Part shown: piece after piece, positions 1 through 11,304 of the stretch | How positions within the stretch are numbered: the first letter of the stretch is position 1 | How the letters are laid out: the number at the start of each line of letters is the position of its first letter | DNA from: Eledone cirrhosa | Lineage: Eukaryota | Reading direction: 5' to 3' | Assembly (NCBI GenBank): GCA_964016885.1 | Contig: OZ024760.1 | Location: forward strand, 21,514,001 to 21,578,000 | Length of the DNA stretch: 64,000 bases | Made by a program: the position numbers and the translations under genes | Notes under the pieces: generated by a model | Told to the model about the DNA's origin: nothing | The model's input: the letters and a program-made list of their open reading frames with translations, nothing else | Database searches by the model: none

Positions 1-212
1 ATTAAACTATATTATTTAGGCAATGTTACAGTGATATTTCTATTTCAATATACACATATACATATTAAAGAATATATCTATAATAAAATAGTGCCTTATA
101 AAATGGAAGCTTGATGTGTATATGATGTTTGGTAAACCCTACAAGGCTAACTCCAGCTTTAAATGTTTGTTGTTGTTGTTGCAAGATGTAATTAGTTTTG
201 ACATTGAAACAG

Positions 213-1493
213 TTACATTGCTGTGTGGGTAGCTACATGTTTAGTTAAGTTACTTATTTTAGAGAATGATTTGCCACAGATATCACAGTGATATGGCTTC
301 TCTCCTGTATGAAAACATTTGTGTTTAGTGAGATAATTACTTCCAGAAAATGATTTATTACAGATATCACAGTGATATGGTTTTTCTCCTGTATGAATAC
401 GTTTGTGTCTAGATAAGTCACTGCTTCCAGGGAATGATTTATTACAGATATCACAGTGGTATGGCTTCTCTCCTGTATGAATACGTCTATGGGTAGTTAC
501 ATGATCTTTTTTAGAGAATGATTTATCACAGATGTCACAGTGATATGGCTTCTCCCCTGTGTGAACTCGTATGTGCCTAGTTAAGGTACCACATCCAGAA
601 AATGATTTACCGCAGATATCACAGTGATATGGCTTTTCTCCTGTATGAATGTATTTGTGTTTACTCAAGTCACTACTTCCAGAGAATGATTTACCACAGA
701 TATCACAGAGATATCGTTTTTCTCCTGTATGAATACGTTTGTGTTTACTTAAGTCACTACTTCCGGAGAATGATTTATCACAGATATCACAATGATATGG
801 TTTCTCTCCTGTATGAATACGTCTGTGAGTAGTTGCATGATCTTTTTTAGAGAAGGATTTACCACAGATATCACAGGGATATGGCTTCTCTCCTGTATGA
901 ATACGTGTGTGTGTAGTTACATGATCTTTTTTAGAAAATGATTTACCACAGATATCACAGTGATATAGGTTATCTCTTGTATGAATGCGTTTGTGAGTAG
1001 TTAAGTGACCAGTATGAGAGAATATTTTACCACAAATATCACAGGGATAAGATTTCTTTTGTGTATGAGTACGTTTGTGAGTAGTTAAGTGGCCAGACTG
1101 AGAGAATGATTTACCACAGACATGACAGTGATATGGCTTCTCTCCTGTATGAATACGTTTGTGACTGGTTAAGTTAACTTTCTGAGAGAATGATTTACCA
1201 CAGATGTCACATTGATGAGGTTTCTTTCCTGTATGAGAACATTTGTGAGACGTTAAGGAACCAATCTGAGAGAATGATTTACTACAGATATTACAGTGGT
1301 ATTCCTTTGCATCTGTATGTGTACATTTATGTTTAGTTAAGCTACTACTATGAGAAAATAATTTACCACAGATATCACAGTGATGTGGTTTCTCTCCTGT
1401 ATAAATACATTTGTGAGTAGTTAAGTCACCTTTCCGAGAGAGTGATCTACCACAGATATCACACTGATATGATTTTTTCACAACTTTAAGCAT
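213..1493 (-). CDS. Tandem C2H2 zinc-finger protein (ZNF1 here), 426 aa, 15 fingers, no effector domain
   Basis: Uninterrupted ORF of CxxC-x12-HxxxH repeats with TGEKPY linkers; finger 1 ends in Y instead of H. Putative splice acceptor at 2019-2020 (ttctttatttcag on -), shared with the other two paralogues. Confidence 0.93.
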   Translation of the reverse strand: MLKVVKKSYQCDICGRSLSRKGDLTTHKCIYTGEKPHHCDICGKLFSHSSSLTKHKCTHTDAKEYHCNICSKSFSQIGSLTSHKCSHTGKKPHQCDICGKSFSQKVNLTSHKRIHTGEKPYHCHVCGKSFSQSGHLTTHKRTHTQKKSYPCDICGKIFSHTGHLTTHKRIHTRDNLYHCDICGKSFSKKDHVTTHTRIHTGEKPYPCDICGKSFSKKDHATTHRRIHTGEKPYHCDICDKSFSGSSDLSKHKRIHTGEKRYLCDICGKSFSGSSDLSKHKYIHTGEKPYHCDICGKSFSGCGTLTRHIRVHTGEKPYHCDICDKSFSKKDHVTTHRRIHTGEKPYHCDICNKSFPGSSDLSRHKRIHTGEKPYHCDICNKSFSGSNYLTKHKCFHTGEKPYHCDICGKSFSKISNLTKHVATHTAM

Positions 1494-2619
1494 TTTTTTC
1501 AGTATAAAATATCTATCTATTAAATTTCTGAAATAATTCTTTTATCCATTATTTTTTCTTCTCTCTCTCTCTTCAATATATGGATATTTTCTGTCTTGAT
1601 TTCAAATCCCACCGAGGTCAACTTTGCCTTTCATCCTTCCAGAGGTCGATAAAATAAAGTACCAGTCAAGTACTAGGGGTTGATTTTCCACCTCTTTCTC
1701 TCTCTCTCTCTCCAATATATCTTATATTTTTCTTGGCTCTGTTTCTAAGTTAAATTCCTTCAGCTGTGATCTTTGTTGATGTCTGAAGATGTTTCAAACT
1801 GTTTTGTAAATGTATCCAACTTTAATTTAAATACAAAAATCTCCAGTGAAGAAGGAAAATGTTGCCCATTAATTACAGTTCAGAAGAAATACTTCACAGT
1901 AATTCATCCAGAGATTTATAGAAACAGTATCATATGAGTTCTATATAACATTTTCCTTTAGTCTTTAAATGGTGTCAATGTGAAAAAAAATAATTTTATG
2001 CCAATGTCAACTGGTATTCTGAAATAAAGAAACAGTATGAGATATAGAGAATATTTATAAAGTAGAGATACAATGGTGAACATTTTACTACATTTCCTTT
2101 TTCATAAACTACAGATATATATATATATATATATATATATATTGAACATTAGAGTTATAAATATATTTAACATTAGATATATAAATATATTTAACTTTAC
2201 AAGATATATATATTTAACTTTATATATATATATTTGTGTGTGTGTATATATATATATAATTACATAATAAACAACACAATATAATTATTCCATTATTCCT
2301 TACAGAATGTCCAGCCTGTTCATCAGATGAAATAGTTATGCCTTGGATATAAGTTTTGAAATTAATATCTATTCAAAATGAAAGTGAGGCTGAGTTAAAA
2401 TAATATCTTATAATGGAAAAAAAATGTATATATATACACATATAAATATACATTCATGCACACACACACATAGAATCATGTGCACGCATCTATACATACA
2501 TCCATAGATATAAACTAATACACCATCAAGTACATATATAAACTCACATACACACACATCTCTCTCTCTATATATATATATAGAAAGATTTGAATGGATA
2601 CAGTTTAGTTGAAAGGAAT

Positions 2620-2740
2620 TTATTGACACGTGTTTCTATAACAGTTACATAACCTGAAAACAGCTGCTATCTACAAAGTATTAGTTATGCAGACATTCAA
2701 TATTTCAATGTTATTATCAACTGTCATTTCATCGGAATAA
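2620..2740 (-). ncRNA. Type-I hammerhead ribozyme motif with long stem II insert (core CCGAUGA, U4>C)
   Basis: Minus strand: ttatt CCGATGA a atgacagtt ... aactgttat a GAAAC acgt GTC aataa. Palindromic ACGT loop III, 5-bp stem I. Confidence 0.6.
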
Positions 2741-3056
2741 TTTTACTGAGGACCTGTCAATCTACTGTGTGTAATATTTATATTACAACATCACGGAAAA
2801 TACTGTATATATATATATATATATATATATAAGTAGTAACACAACAGTTAGTTCACTATACGGATATTACCCTCCAGTGTTCTACCTTTATATATGTGGG
2901 ATAACAAGTTATCGTTATAGGTAATCCAGTTAGAGGTTGTGAGTACTCTGTGTCGTGAATAGTTTTAACGTACGGCTTTGTTTGACTCAACAAGATGCTT
3001 CCATAGTTAGGCAGCAAGTTCGCGGTAATTCCTATGCAGGTTGTACTTGGAGTAAT

Positions 3057-3274
3057 AATAGTTAAAGAATGAAGAGTAACAGGGTTGGTTGTACAATAAG
3101 GGGCTTTATTTAAAGTACTGACAATTGTTTCGTTGATCAGGTGATGTATTGGAGATCGAGTGACACAACTTCAAGCGATTAGCAACCTCTAGACTCACCT
3201 GATCAACGAAACAATTGTCAGTACTTAAAATAAAGCCCCTTGTTGTACAGCCAACCATGTTACTCTTCATTCTT

Positions 3275-3283
<9 letters not shown>
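3057..3283. mobile_element. Palindromic PLE-like remnant; each arm carries the 3' half of a hammerhead (GAAAC aatt GTC)
   Basis: Inverted arms ~3057-3144 and ~3196-3283, ending in (TA)n. Confidence 0.6.
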
Positions 3284-3316
<33 letters not shown>

Positions 3317-3586
3317 AATACTGTTCATTTTTATAATATATCTGTGCATGTCCTTCCTTAATGTATATATGTACGTGTGTTTATTATCGCGAGTGTGTGT
3401 ATATATTGTATGTATATATGTGTTTGTTTGTATGTTTGTGTATATATGTATGTATGTGAGTGTATGTGTGTGTGTGTGTATGTATATTATGTGTGTGTGT
3501 GTATGTATATTGTGTGTATCTATGTGCGTGTATATATATATATATACGATATTAACAAATGGAAACTATATTTATAAAACCATATT

Positions 3587-3651
3587 TATTTCATTATACA
3601 TATTTCAAGGACACCAAGTTAAATTATGGTGTGCTTTCACCAGATAAAATA
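3587..3651 (-). ncRNA. Minimal type-I hammerhead motif (core CUGGUGA, A6>G)
   Basis: tattttat CTGGTGA aagcacacca..tggtgtcctt GAAAT atgt ATA atgaaata; same family as the 51.4 kb and 63.5 kb copies. Confidence 0.65.
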
Positions 3652-3842
3652 TAATATAGAGCAGTTTTATAAATAAATATTGACATACCCTTAAAGAATG
3701 CAACCATTACTGTTGGAAGCTCCCAGATAGTGGAGTTATAGCTTTAATTATATTATTAGGTAAGTTAGTATTGGATATTTTTAAATAAGCCGTTGGGTTA
3801 CTTAGAAAGAGAAAGATATATATATATATATATATATATAAA

Positions 3843-3955
3843 TATACTGAAGTAAAAGTTAAGTGGAAATATCCAAGAATAAGAGCACTCAGTCCATTGG
3901 ACGAGTTTAGTATAAATAATTACAACCGTGACATAAACAGGTACTCAAGGTTTCG
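3843..3955 (-). mobile_element. PLE-like 3' tail with half hammerhead (relatives at 22668-22785, 62775-62894, 51070-51205)
   Basis: Near-identical ~110 bp sequence at 3843, 22668 and 62775, abutting (TA)n, with GAAAC-n4-GTA-type half motif. Confidence 0.55.
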
Positions 3956-4200
3956 CTTTGTACATAGGCAAGGCGGGTCTTCGGTATTACTCGGTCCAGT
4001 AACATTGTCTTAGAGAGGTGTAAGTGTGTAAGGTCGGAATTTATCAGATCGTCCCCTACTCCGTAACTTCCATCAATTTTGATCACCCTGCACTTTTTTA
4101 TACAGCTGTTGTCTTTCATGCGCATCACATGACCATACCAACGTAGTCTTCTCTCTTATTCCTAATTTCTCACTTAGTTCATTTATGTTTTGCCGTTCGA
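3950..4200 (-). mobile_element. RTE-clade LINE ORF2 C-terminal fragment
   Basis: RRLRWYGHVMRMKDNSCIKKC...DLTHLHLSKTM, matching 30375-31765. Confidence 0.85.
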
Positions 4201-4559
4201 TACATATATATACATGTATACACATACATATATATATATATATATAAACATATATACACATACATACATACATATAAATTTATATCTGTATTTTTAACCG
4301 TTGGTCAATCAATGATAAACATTGATTGCCAGCTAAATTAACTATAGGGATATATAATATACAGTAGCGAAAATCAACCCAAACCAAACAGTGAGTGTGT
4401 TTTATTATTATTTCTGGCAATATCATAACAATATGACCCTTACCAAATATAACAATATTTGTTTCAACACATGATTTCATATAAAAAACCTTGCAAAAGA
4501 AATATATATATATATACATACACATAAAGCTACAGAATGGTAAATAATAACATTCTTCT

Positions 4560-5690
4560 ATAATCGAAAACATCATTCACCAATAACATAGTGGTTCTCC
4601 AGTGTGAGTGTGTATATAGCTGTCTAATATATGATGTATGTATACGTCTATGTGCGTATAAATCAGGAGTGTTTACCACGGAATGTAGAAAAGTACAAAA
4701 TAACTAATATATCGACAATCTAGATAATATGTACTTTATATTCAAGTCCATACGTACTTTATATTTCAACGTTCATATGTTGGCATTAAAAACATATTTC
4801 TCTTTGTCCTGTATTCACGATGTCATGTAGTTTGTGATGAAATATTTAATGTAAGTGATGGAACAGCTACCCTGAAACATATAGATCACCCTATGTTATC
4901 TATAAACATTAATGACCCACTTAACAATATTGCTACACAATATATAATTAGATTAATTAAAGTTATAATTACGATAACAGATATACAGTGTTGTTAACGA
5001 TATTTTCTTGTCTCAATGTTACCGGTGACATATCTTAAAAGTCCCTGGTGTAACTTATATATATATATTCAGAAACAACTTCAGTTATATAAATTCACTT
5101 CGATATTTACCATCAGAAAATATTGATGAAGCGAATTGATATAACGTAGTGTTATAGTAAATTAAAAAACAAATGTTCTGAAATACACAATAGTAATTTG
5201 TTAAATAGTTTTATTGGGGAAGATCAAGCGAAGACTGTGTTGGCTCCCTTTGAAGTAATCACTAATTTAAGTTCGATACTGAATTAATTTCTTGCTTTGT
5301 TTTTCGAGGGATTAAGCTTTGATTTTAAGTCTTCTTGTTACTTTAAGTTAGGGAGACAACAATACCATCAAAATTAGAGGCCTTATAATCTGAATATTGT
5401 CAAATATTTTAATATTTCAGTATTTAAAACAACGAAGTACGATAGAACTCTAAATATATTAAATGTTACAGAAATGTTTGTGTTCGATGTATTAAAAGTA
5501 CTTACAGGATGATATCTTGATCTATGGTATTAATAAAAGAGATTTAGATGAGAAAATAATTCGAAGTTGACAAAGAACTTAGGAAGAAAACATAATATCA
5601 GTATAGAGATTTATTTTTAGTCGTATTTTCGTACTCGTGTTTTTTTTACTGACTCATCGACTGTGATGCTGCGTAAACGATACAATAATT
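4560..5690 (-). promoter_or_regulatory. Conserved upstream block of ZNF1: putative non-coding exon 1 (~5506-5670) and start of intron 1
   Basis: The block recurs at 18525-19435 (same orientation) and 20340-21470 (inverted), always upstream of and co-oriented with a ZNF gene. GTAAGT donor at 5500-5505 on -. Confidence 0.6.
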
Positions 5691-5876
5691 GTTTCTACTT
5701 TCAGCACAATGCCAGCAATTATCCTAGTGCATTACTGGTGCTTTATTTTATCGACCGCCTAAGGATGAAAGGCAAAGATAACCTCGGTGGGATTTGAACT
5801 CAGAACTTATTGGGCCATAACTCTGTGCTGCAAAACATGGTGTCTGACGCTCTACCGGTTCTGCCAATCCGCTGCC
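5691..5876 (-). mobile_element. tRNA-headed SINE (family B, core gcctttcatcc..gtcgataaaataaag) with 15-bp TSD
   Basis: TSD aaacgata(c/t)aataat at 5676 and 5877; absent from the ZNF3 paralogous block. Other copies or fragments at 1595-1685, 13222-13410, 13775-13880, 23800-24260 (x3), 36589-36768, 53581-53740 and 55348-55870 (x4). Confidence 0.8.
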
Positions 5877-5962
5877 AAACGATATAATAATGAATACAGC
5901 TTTAATATAATATATGACATTAGATGACAATAATATAACAACTATATATCTACTACTATATA

Positions 5963-6324
5963 TCCAAATAACAAAGGCACCTTGATGGCACCTACACTCG
6001 CCTGCTTCAAAGCATTCAGAACATAAGCTGGCAACATCTGACTTTTAGAGAGATATATGCCAGCCTCCCATGCATATCTTTCGTTGTACGTAAGAGGAGA
6101 GTAAGATTTTCTGGCCACTGCCATCGTGCCACCTACGAGGCTATGTCCCCATTAGTGCTTTGTAAACCGCAAGCAGTCACTAATAACAGGGGGTGCAAGT
6201 TCTCCTATCCCGATGTCGTCTGCAAAGATTCTGGTATTGCAATCCAGGACTTGGCAACGGCAATGAACGACAGACCCACGTGGAGATCAAATGTTGAGTC
6301 CTTTTAGGCTGAGGCCGCCGGATG
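5963..6324. mobile_element. Degenerate LINE (RTE-X-like) 3' fragment inserted in a TA run
   Basis: Absent from the ZNF2/ZNF3 paralogous blocks; the + strand end encodes SYPDVVCKDSGIAIQDLATAMNDRPTWRS, typical of a LINE ORF2 end. Confidence 0.5.
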
Positions 6325-6494
6325 ATATAGTTGTCTATATTGTATGTATGGTGGTGTAAATCCTGATAGATGTGGGTGGGGATGCGGAGCTCTGCCATAA
6401 CATGCACGTATATTGTGATAAGAGGAAGAGGGAGAGCGAATAGGAGAGTGTGTGTGAGAGAGAATTTGTATGTGTGAAAGAGAGAGAGAGATCA

Positions 6495-6732
6495 GCAGTT
6501 GTCCATGCATACCAGTCCCCACTCCCCATGCCACCAATGATGTCCAAAGGAAAGGCAATGGCCAATAGAGCCAAGCAGCAGTGAAGTCACAACTAACTTC
6601 TGCAGCCGAGTGAATCAGAGCAACGTGAAACAAAGTGTCTTGCTCAAGGATACTGCACATCACTAAGTCTGAGGATGAACTCACAACCTCTTAATTGCAA
6701 ACCCAACACTCTAACCACTAAGTGATGCACCT
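6495..6732 (-). mobile_element. tRNA-derived CORE-like SINE variant (related copy 50500-50848)
   Basis: tRNA-like head (cttagtggttagagtg) followed by ccttgagcaagacact...ttgctc...cactcggctg. Confidence 0.65.
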
Positions 6733-7329
6733 TGGTGTTAGGAGGGGCATCCAGCAGTTGGGACGCTATTCTATATGATTTTCTGTGTCTCCATCATGAT
6801 AGTTCAGCAAGCCTTAGAAATATTTGACAATGCCCATCTCCTCTCCAAGTATCCCACCCCTCACTAAGTTTAGCATGCCACCATCTAGATGTTGTTTAGA
6901 ACCAGTGTACTGGTCCTTCACTAACATAGAACACTAATAAAAAATATCAGTCTAATTAACCCTTTATGGATTGTCTGCCACTTACTACTAAATTGTCAAA
7001 CGTCCTATTTTCCATGGGTCAGACGGGTCTCCACGCTATGAGGGAAGTCTGGTCACCCCATACTTTGCTCACATATATGTGTGTGTTGTTAGAGAATGTC
7101 TTTATAGTTGTCCATTGAAATTGTCGATCCTTTGGTAACTGTACAGACAGGACTAAGGAGAGGCACATCTCAATCAATGCCTGCTTTCTCGCTTCTCTTA
7201 GTAGCGTTCGGTGTGTCTCCCCTTCATCTCTTTCATATAGCAAAAACACGCAAGTGTACTTTTCATTGCTTTCTCCTTAAACTTCAAAAACTTGATGTTA
7301 CTCTGCTTCAAATTAGCATTGCAAAGCCA

Positions 7330-8232
7330 GATTAGGGAATGAAAGTAATGGCTTTAGGGTATGGTTAACTTATAGATTCTCCTAGGGCCAGGTAAACCAT
7401 AGTCAATACCAGATTAGATGGTGAAAGAAGCAGTTTTAGGGTCTATACAACCATAGGATCTCCTACGGCAAGATAAACCCTGGCCAATGCCAGGTTTGAG
7501 AGTGAAAGTAATGGCTTTAGGGCATTGTTTGCTTGTAGGCTCTCCTAGGGTCAGTTAAACCCTTGTCAAACCCAGGGTAGAGATTAAAAAAACATTTTTA
7601 GTACATATACATGCCATAGGATCTCCTATGGCTGGCTAAACCCTGGACAATGCCAGGTTAGAGTGGGAAAGAAGCAGTTTTAGGGCGTATACTTTCTGTT
7701 TGACCTCCTATGGCCAGCTAAACCCTGGACAATGCCAGGTTAGAGTGGGAAAGAAGCAGTTTTAGGGCGTATACTTTCTGTTTGACCTCCTATGGCCAGC
7801 TAAACCCTGGACAATGCCAGGTTAGAGTGGGAAAGAAGCAGTTTTAGGGCATATACTTTCTGTTTGACCTCCTATGGCCAGCTAAACCTTGGTCAATGCC
7901 AGGTTAGAGTGGGAAAGAAGCAGTTTTAGGGCGTATACTTTCTGTTTGACCTCCTATGGCCGGCTAAACCTTGGTCAATGCCAGGTTAGAGTGGGAAAGA
8001 AGCAGTTTTAGGGCATATACTTTCTGTTTGATCTCCTATGGCCAGCTAAACCTTGATCAATGCCAGGTTAGAGTGGGAAAGAAGCAGTTTTAGGGCGTAT
8101 TATTTTCTGTTTGACCTCCTATGACCAGCTAAACCCTGGACAATGCCAGGTTAGAGTGGGAAAGAAGCAGTTTTAGGGCGTATTATTTTCTGTTTGACCT
8201 CCTATGACCAGCTAAACCTTGGTCAATGCCAT
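7330..8232. repeat. 82-bp minisatellite, ~11 units
   Basis: gctaaaccctggacaatgccaggttagagtgggaaagaagcagttttaggg... recurs at 7635, 7717, 7799 and onward; the left units are diverged. Confidence 0.9.
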
Positions 8233-8299
8233 AGACCAGTGTCATGTGAAACTGAGGGGATGGGGATTGGTGTCGGTCACACCCATAACAAAACACACT

Positions 8300-8598
8300 A
8301 AACAATAAAGTGTACATTATATAATTTAATTATTACATTTATATTGTAAATGTTACTTAACTGAACATTATGCAGAATTAGTGGGAGTCCTGAGTTTGTT
8401 TACCTGCAACTAGATGTGCCATCTAGGGGTGATGGGGGACAGTGACACCTGAATTGTGTTACATGTGTGTACCATCAATGTAACTAGATGTGCCATCTAG
8501 GGGTGATGGGGGACAGTGACACCTGAATTGTGTTACATGTGTGTACCATCAATGTAACTAGATGTGCCATCTAGGGCTGATGGGGGACAGTGACACCT
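8300..8598 (-). mobile_element. hAT-Charlie transposase C-terminal remnant with a 74-bp tandem triplication
   Basis: Minus strand reads VSLSPITPRW.HLVAGKQTQDSH* with one frameshift, a Charlie-type C-terminus; repeat units start at 8408, 8482 and 8556. Confidence 0.7.
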
Positions 8599-8689
8599 TT
8601 GCTTTCATGGTGAATGGACGTTAAATAACAATGAAGTTTACCAATGTTGTTTATATAGATATACACAGGATTTACACTTGGAACTCCTC

Positions 8690-9260
8690 ATTAGTGGAAA
8701 GATTCAATGAGCAATGCCTTCGCTCCATCATGGGCATCTGTTGGCAGGATTATGCAGCAAATGAGGAAGTTCTCAAGAGGGCCGATATCACAAGCATTGA
8801 GAACATGCTGATACTGAGACAGCTTCACAAAGGAGATCATGTCTCACACATGAAAGACTCTAGGATGACAAAGGTAGTTTTCTATGCTGAACTAAGTCAA
8901 AGCAATCAAAACAAGGAGGGCACCCCCCAAAAAAACGCTTCAAGGACCAGCTGGTCCAAGGCAATATTGATCACAGAGAATGGGAACACCGACAAAAGAC
9001 AGAGAGAAATGGAGAGTGACCATCAAAACAGCTGCAGTCAGCTTTGAGGAGGGCAGGAAGGCGGTGGCTGAAGACAAAAGTCAAAGAAGAAAGCTGTCCA
9101 CCACCCAACCACCAACTGACCAAGTATACACTTGCCTCAGCAGTATCAGAGCCTGCAGGTCCAAGATTGGCCTCTACAGCCACCTTAGGGTGTGCCACCA
9201 CACGTAACAGAACAGCAGTTCTTCCCACTAATCTTTGCCAGTGAAGAATTCACCATTCCA
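8690..9260 (+). mobile_element. RTE/BovB-like LINE 3' fragment
   Basis: ERFNEQCLRSIMGICWQD..NEEVLKRA..SIENML and a terminal zinc knuckle YTC..C(S)..CRSKIGLYSHLRVC; frameshifted. Confidence 0.85.
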
Positions 9261-9394
9261 TTCCACTTGTAACCTGAACATCGGTCACAATTTTAATTCC
9301 TCTTGTATTCTGGAGGTTTGGTCAATGTTGGGCCTTGAAACCTAGGATAGTGCTTTTGTTCCGTTTATGAACATAAATAAATAATATATATATA

Positions 9395-9632
9395 ATGACG
9401 GAAGTGTGGTAAGGAACCAGGTGGACCATAACGCACCGGAATACTCGATACTTTGGGTAGTAGAGTGGGTAATAGGAAAAGTGTCAAGACCCCGATAGCA
9501 GAGCTCAAGCCGTTTCGACGGCTATATCTGGACTAATACCATAACGCACCAGAGTACTCAATACTTTGGCTAGTAGAGTGGGTAGCCGTCGAAACGGCTT
9601 GAGCTTTGCCGTCGGAGTCTTGACTCCTTTCT

Positions 9633-9635
<3 letters not shown>
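9395..9635. mobile_element. PLE-like inverted-repeat remnant with half hammerheads (family also at 26797-26990, 51730-51810, 60843-60982, 62366-62460)
   Basis: gccgtc GAAA cggc-ttgagcttt-gccg TC ggagtc on one strand and its counterpart on the other; (TA)n flanks. Confidence 0.6.
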
Positions 9636-9687
<52 letters not shown>

Positions 9688-9756
9688 TACTGGATGGTAA
9701 TATCCATAGTGGTAGAGCATTCAGTCCATGGGACTTTCAGAGAATAATATATATAT

Positions 9757-10917
9757 CTAGGGCGGGTGAAATTCCCCGAGATCCATTATCGCTGCCATGT
9801 CCTGCGTCTCCAACAGACCAGTGCTTGTCCTTAGGGCATCAACATACGTTAACCTTGGTCTTTCTCTTCCAGTGTGTCCATGTAGGGGCTCCCACAGGAG
9901 CACTGAGTGCAGTGTCAACTCTGGATGTCGGTGAGCATGTCCAGCTAACCTCAGTCTTCTCTGTGTCACTTTTGAGCTGACTTTTGGGAGGCTCCCATGC
10001 AGCTCTGAGTTCTTCATCCTCAGTGTATACTGATTAATGTTCAGAGCCATCCTCAGCATTGAGGAGAGTGTGATGAGGAGGTACGGGCACTTCGCCAATG
10101 CAGTGGCAGAAGCAAGTGAAACCCTGGTGCCGAGGAAAAAAAACAAAAGGAAGCACGTCAGCTCTGCAAACCCAAAAGTGTGTGCAGCCAGAGAACACCT
10201 GAAAGCTGCCAAGGACCAATTCTATGCTGATCCTACAGAGGAGAGGATGGAGACTGTGGAGGTGATGAGGGAAGAACTCTGTACCGCTTACACTGAGGCC
10301 AGAGAGGAGGCACTGATAGAGAAGATCAGAAGTGTGGAGAGAGCGGTTGACAGGGGTCTGGATGTAAGGAGAGCTGGATGATCATCAACGAGATCACAGG
10401 GAGGAAGAGAAGGTGTTCGAGTCAGTTCCAGGGAACGGGGCCCGAGGATAGGAAGAGGAAATAGCTAGACCATTTTAGGACCCTACTAGGAAAGCTACCC
10501 TCCACAGCCCAGAGCACTGGGGAGATCAGGCGGCTGTTTGAGGAACTGGATATTGAGACAGAGCCCTTCACCAGAGAGGAGCTTCAGAGAGCCAAGAAGA
10601 GGATCAAGGGGGGCAAGGCTCATGAAGATGGAGTGGCATCAGAAGTGATGAAAGGTGTGATTTTGATATCATCCTGGGGTTCTGTAACCGGGCACTGGAG
10701 AAAGGAGTTGCCCCGAATCAGTGGAGGATCAGTAACATTGTCCCAGTGCCAAAGAAGGGAGATCTCTCTATCACCAACAACTACAGGGGGATCTCACTGA
10801 CGTCACTTGTGGCAAAGACCCTCAACAGGATGATTCTTAACAGGATCCAGCCTGAGATGGAGAAGAAGCTCAGAGACAACCAGAACGGCTTCAGAGAGGG
10901 AAGATCAACCACCAGGT
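9757..10917. mobile_element. RTE-X-like LINE with 5' inversion (3' part on -, 9757-10060; RT N-terminal part on +, 10060-10917)
   Basis: Minus: QRRLRLAGHAHRHPE..VLLWEP.HG..GRPRLTYVD. Plus: IVPVPKKGDLS..NNYRGISLTSLVAKTLNRMILNRI..LRDNQNGFREGRST. Confidence 0.8.
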
Positions 10918-11304
10918 CATAATATATATATATATATTATTCTTTGAAAGTCCCAAACAACGCATGAAGCCACTTTGTGTAAGGGATTATGAAGAAGAAA
11001 TTAAGATGAAAGGAATGAATTTACTTTAGGTAGAAGAATAATGATTTCTTTATTTATGAAAATAAAACATGGAAAATATTTGTAAATTTTAAGTTTAACA
11101 ATACTTTTGTTTCAGTCAATGTTTCTTTTCATTATATTTCCACAGTCATTTTTCTTCTGAGATAGTTCTAATGACCTGTGCAACGCCAGATAACTCAACA
11201 TGTTTATATTAATCAGACATGTTATGAGATAAACAGACAAACTTTCAATTTTATTAGAAAGATAAAGTATTTCTTTCATAACATAACTTTTGACATTGAT
11301 GCAG

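Noticed and set aside
1494-1552. Upstream ATG that might extend ZNF1 N-terminally
   Set aside because: Hits a stop after 9 codons; at most a decayed leader or uORF.
2285-2334. tatttcat CTGATGA acag..ctgt ... atggaata on the minus strand
   Set aside because: Stems I and II are present but GAAA/stem III is deleted; probably a dead hammerhead, not counted.
3637-3643. A-to-G core changes (also 23369) as fossil ADAR editing of element RNA
   Set aside because: Two transitions cannot be distinguished from ordinary mutation.
7330-8232. 82-bp array as CRISPR or retrozyme repeat
   Set aside because: Contiguous units without spacers or a hammerhead core; eukaryotic context with no cas genes.
9305-9355. 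GAAAC ctag G with an upstream hairpin
   Set aside because: CUGANGA core has several mismatches and there is no UH site in register.
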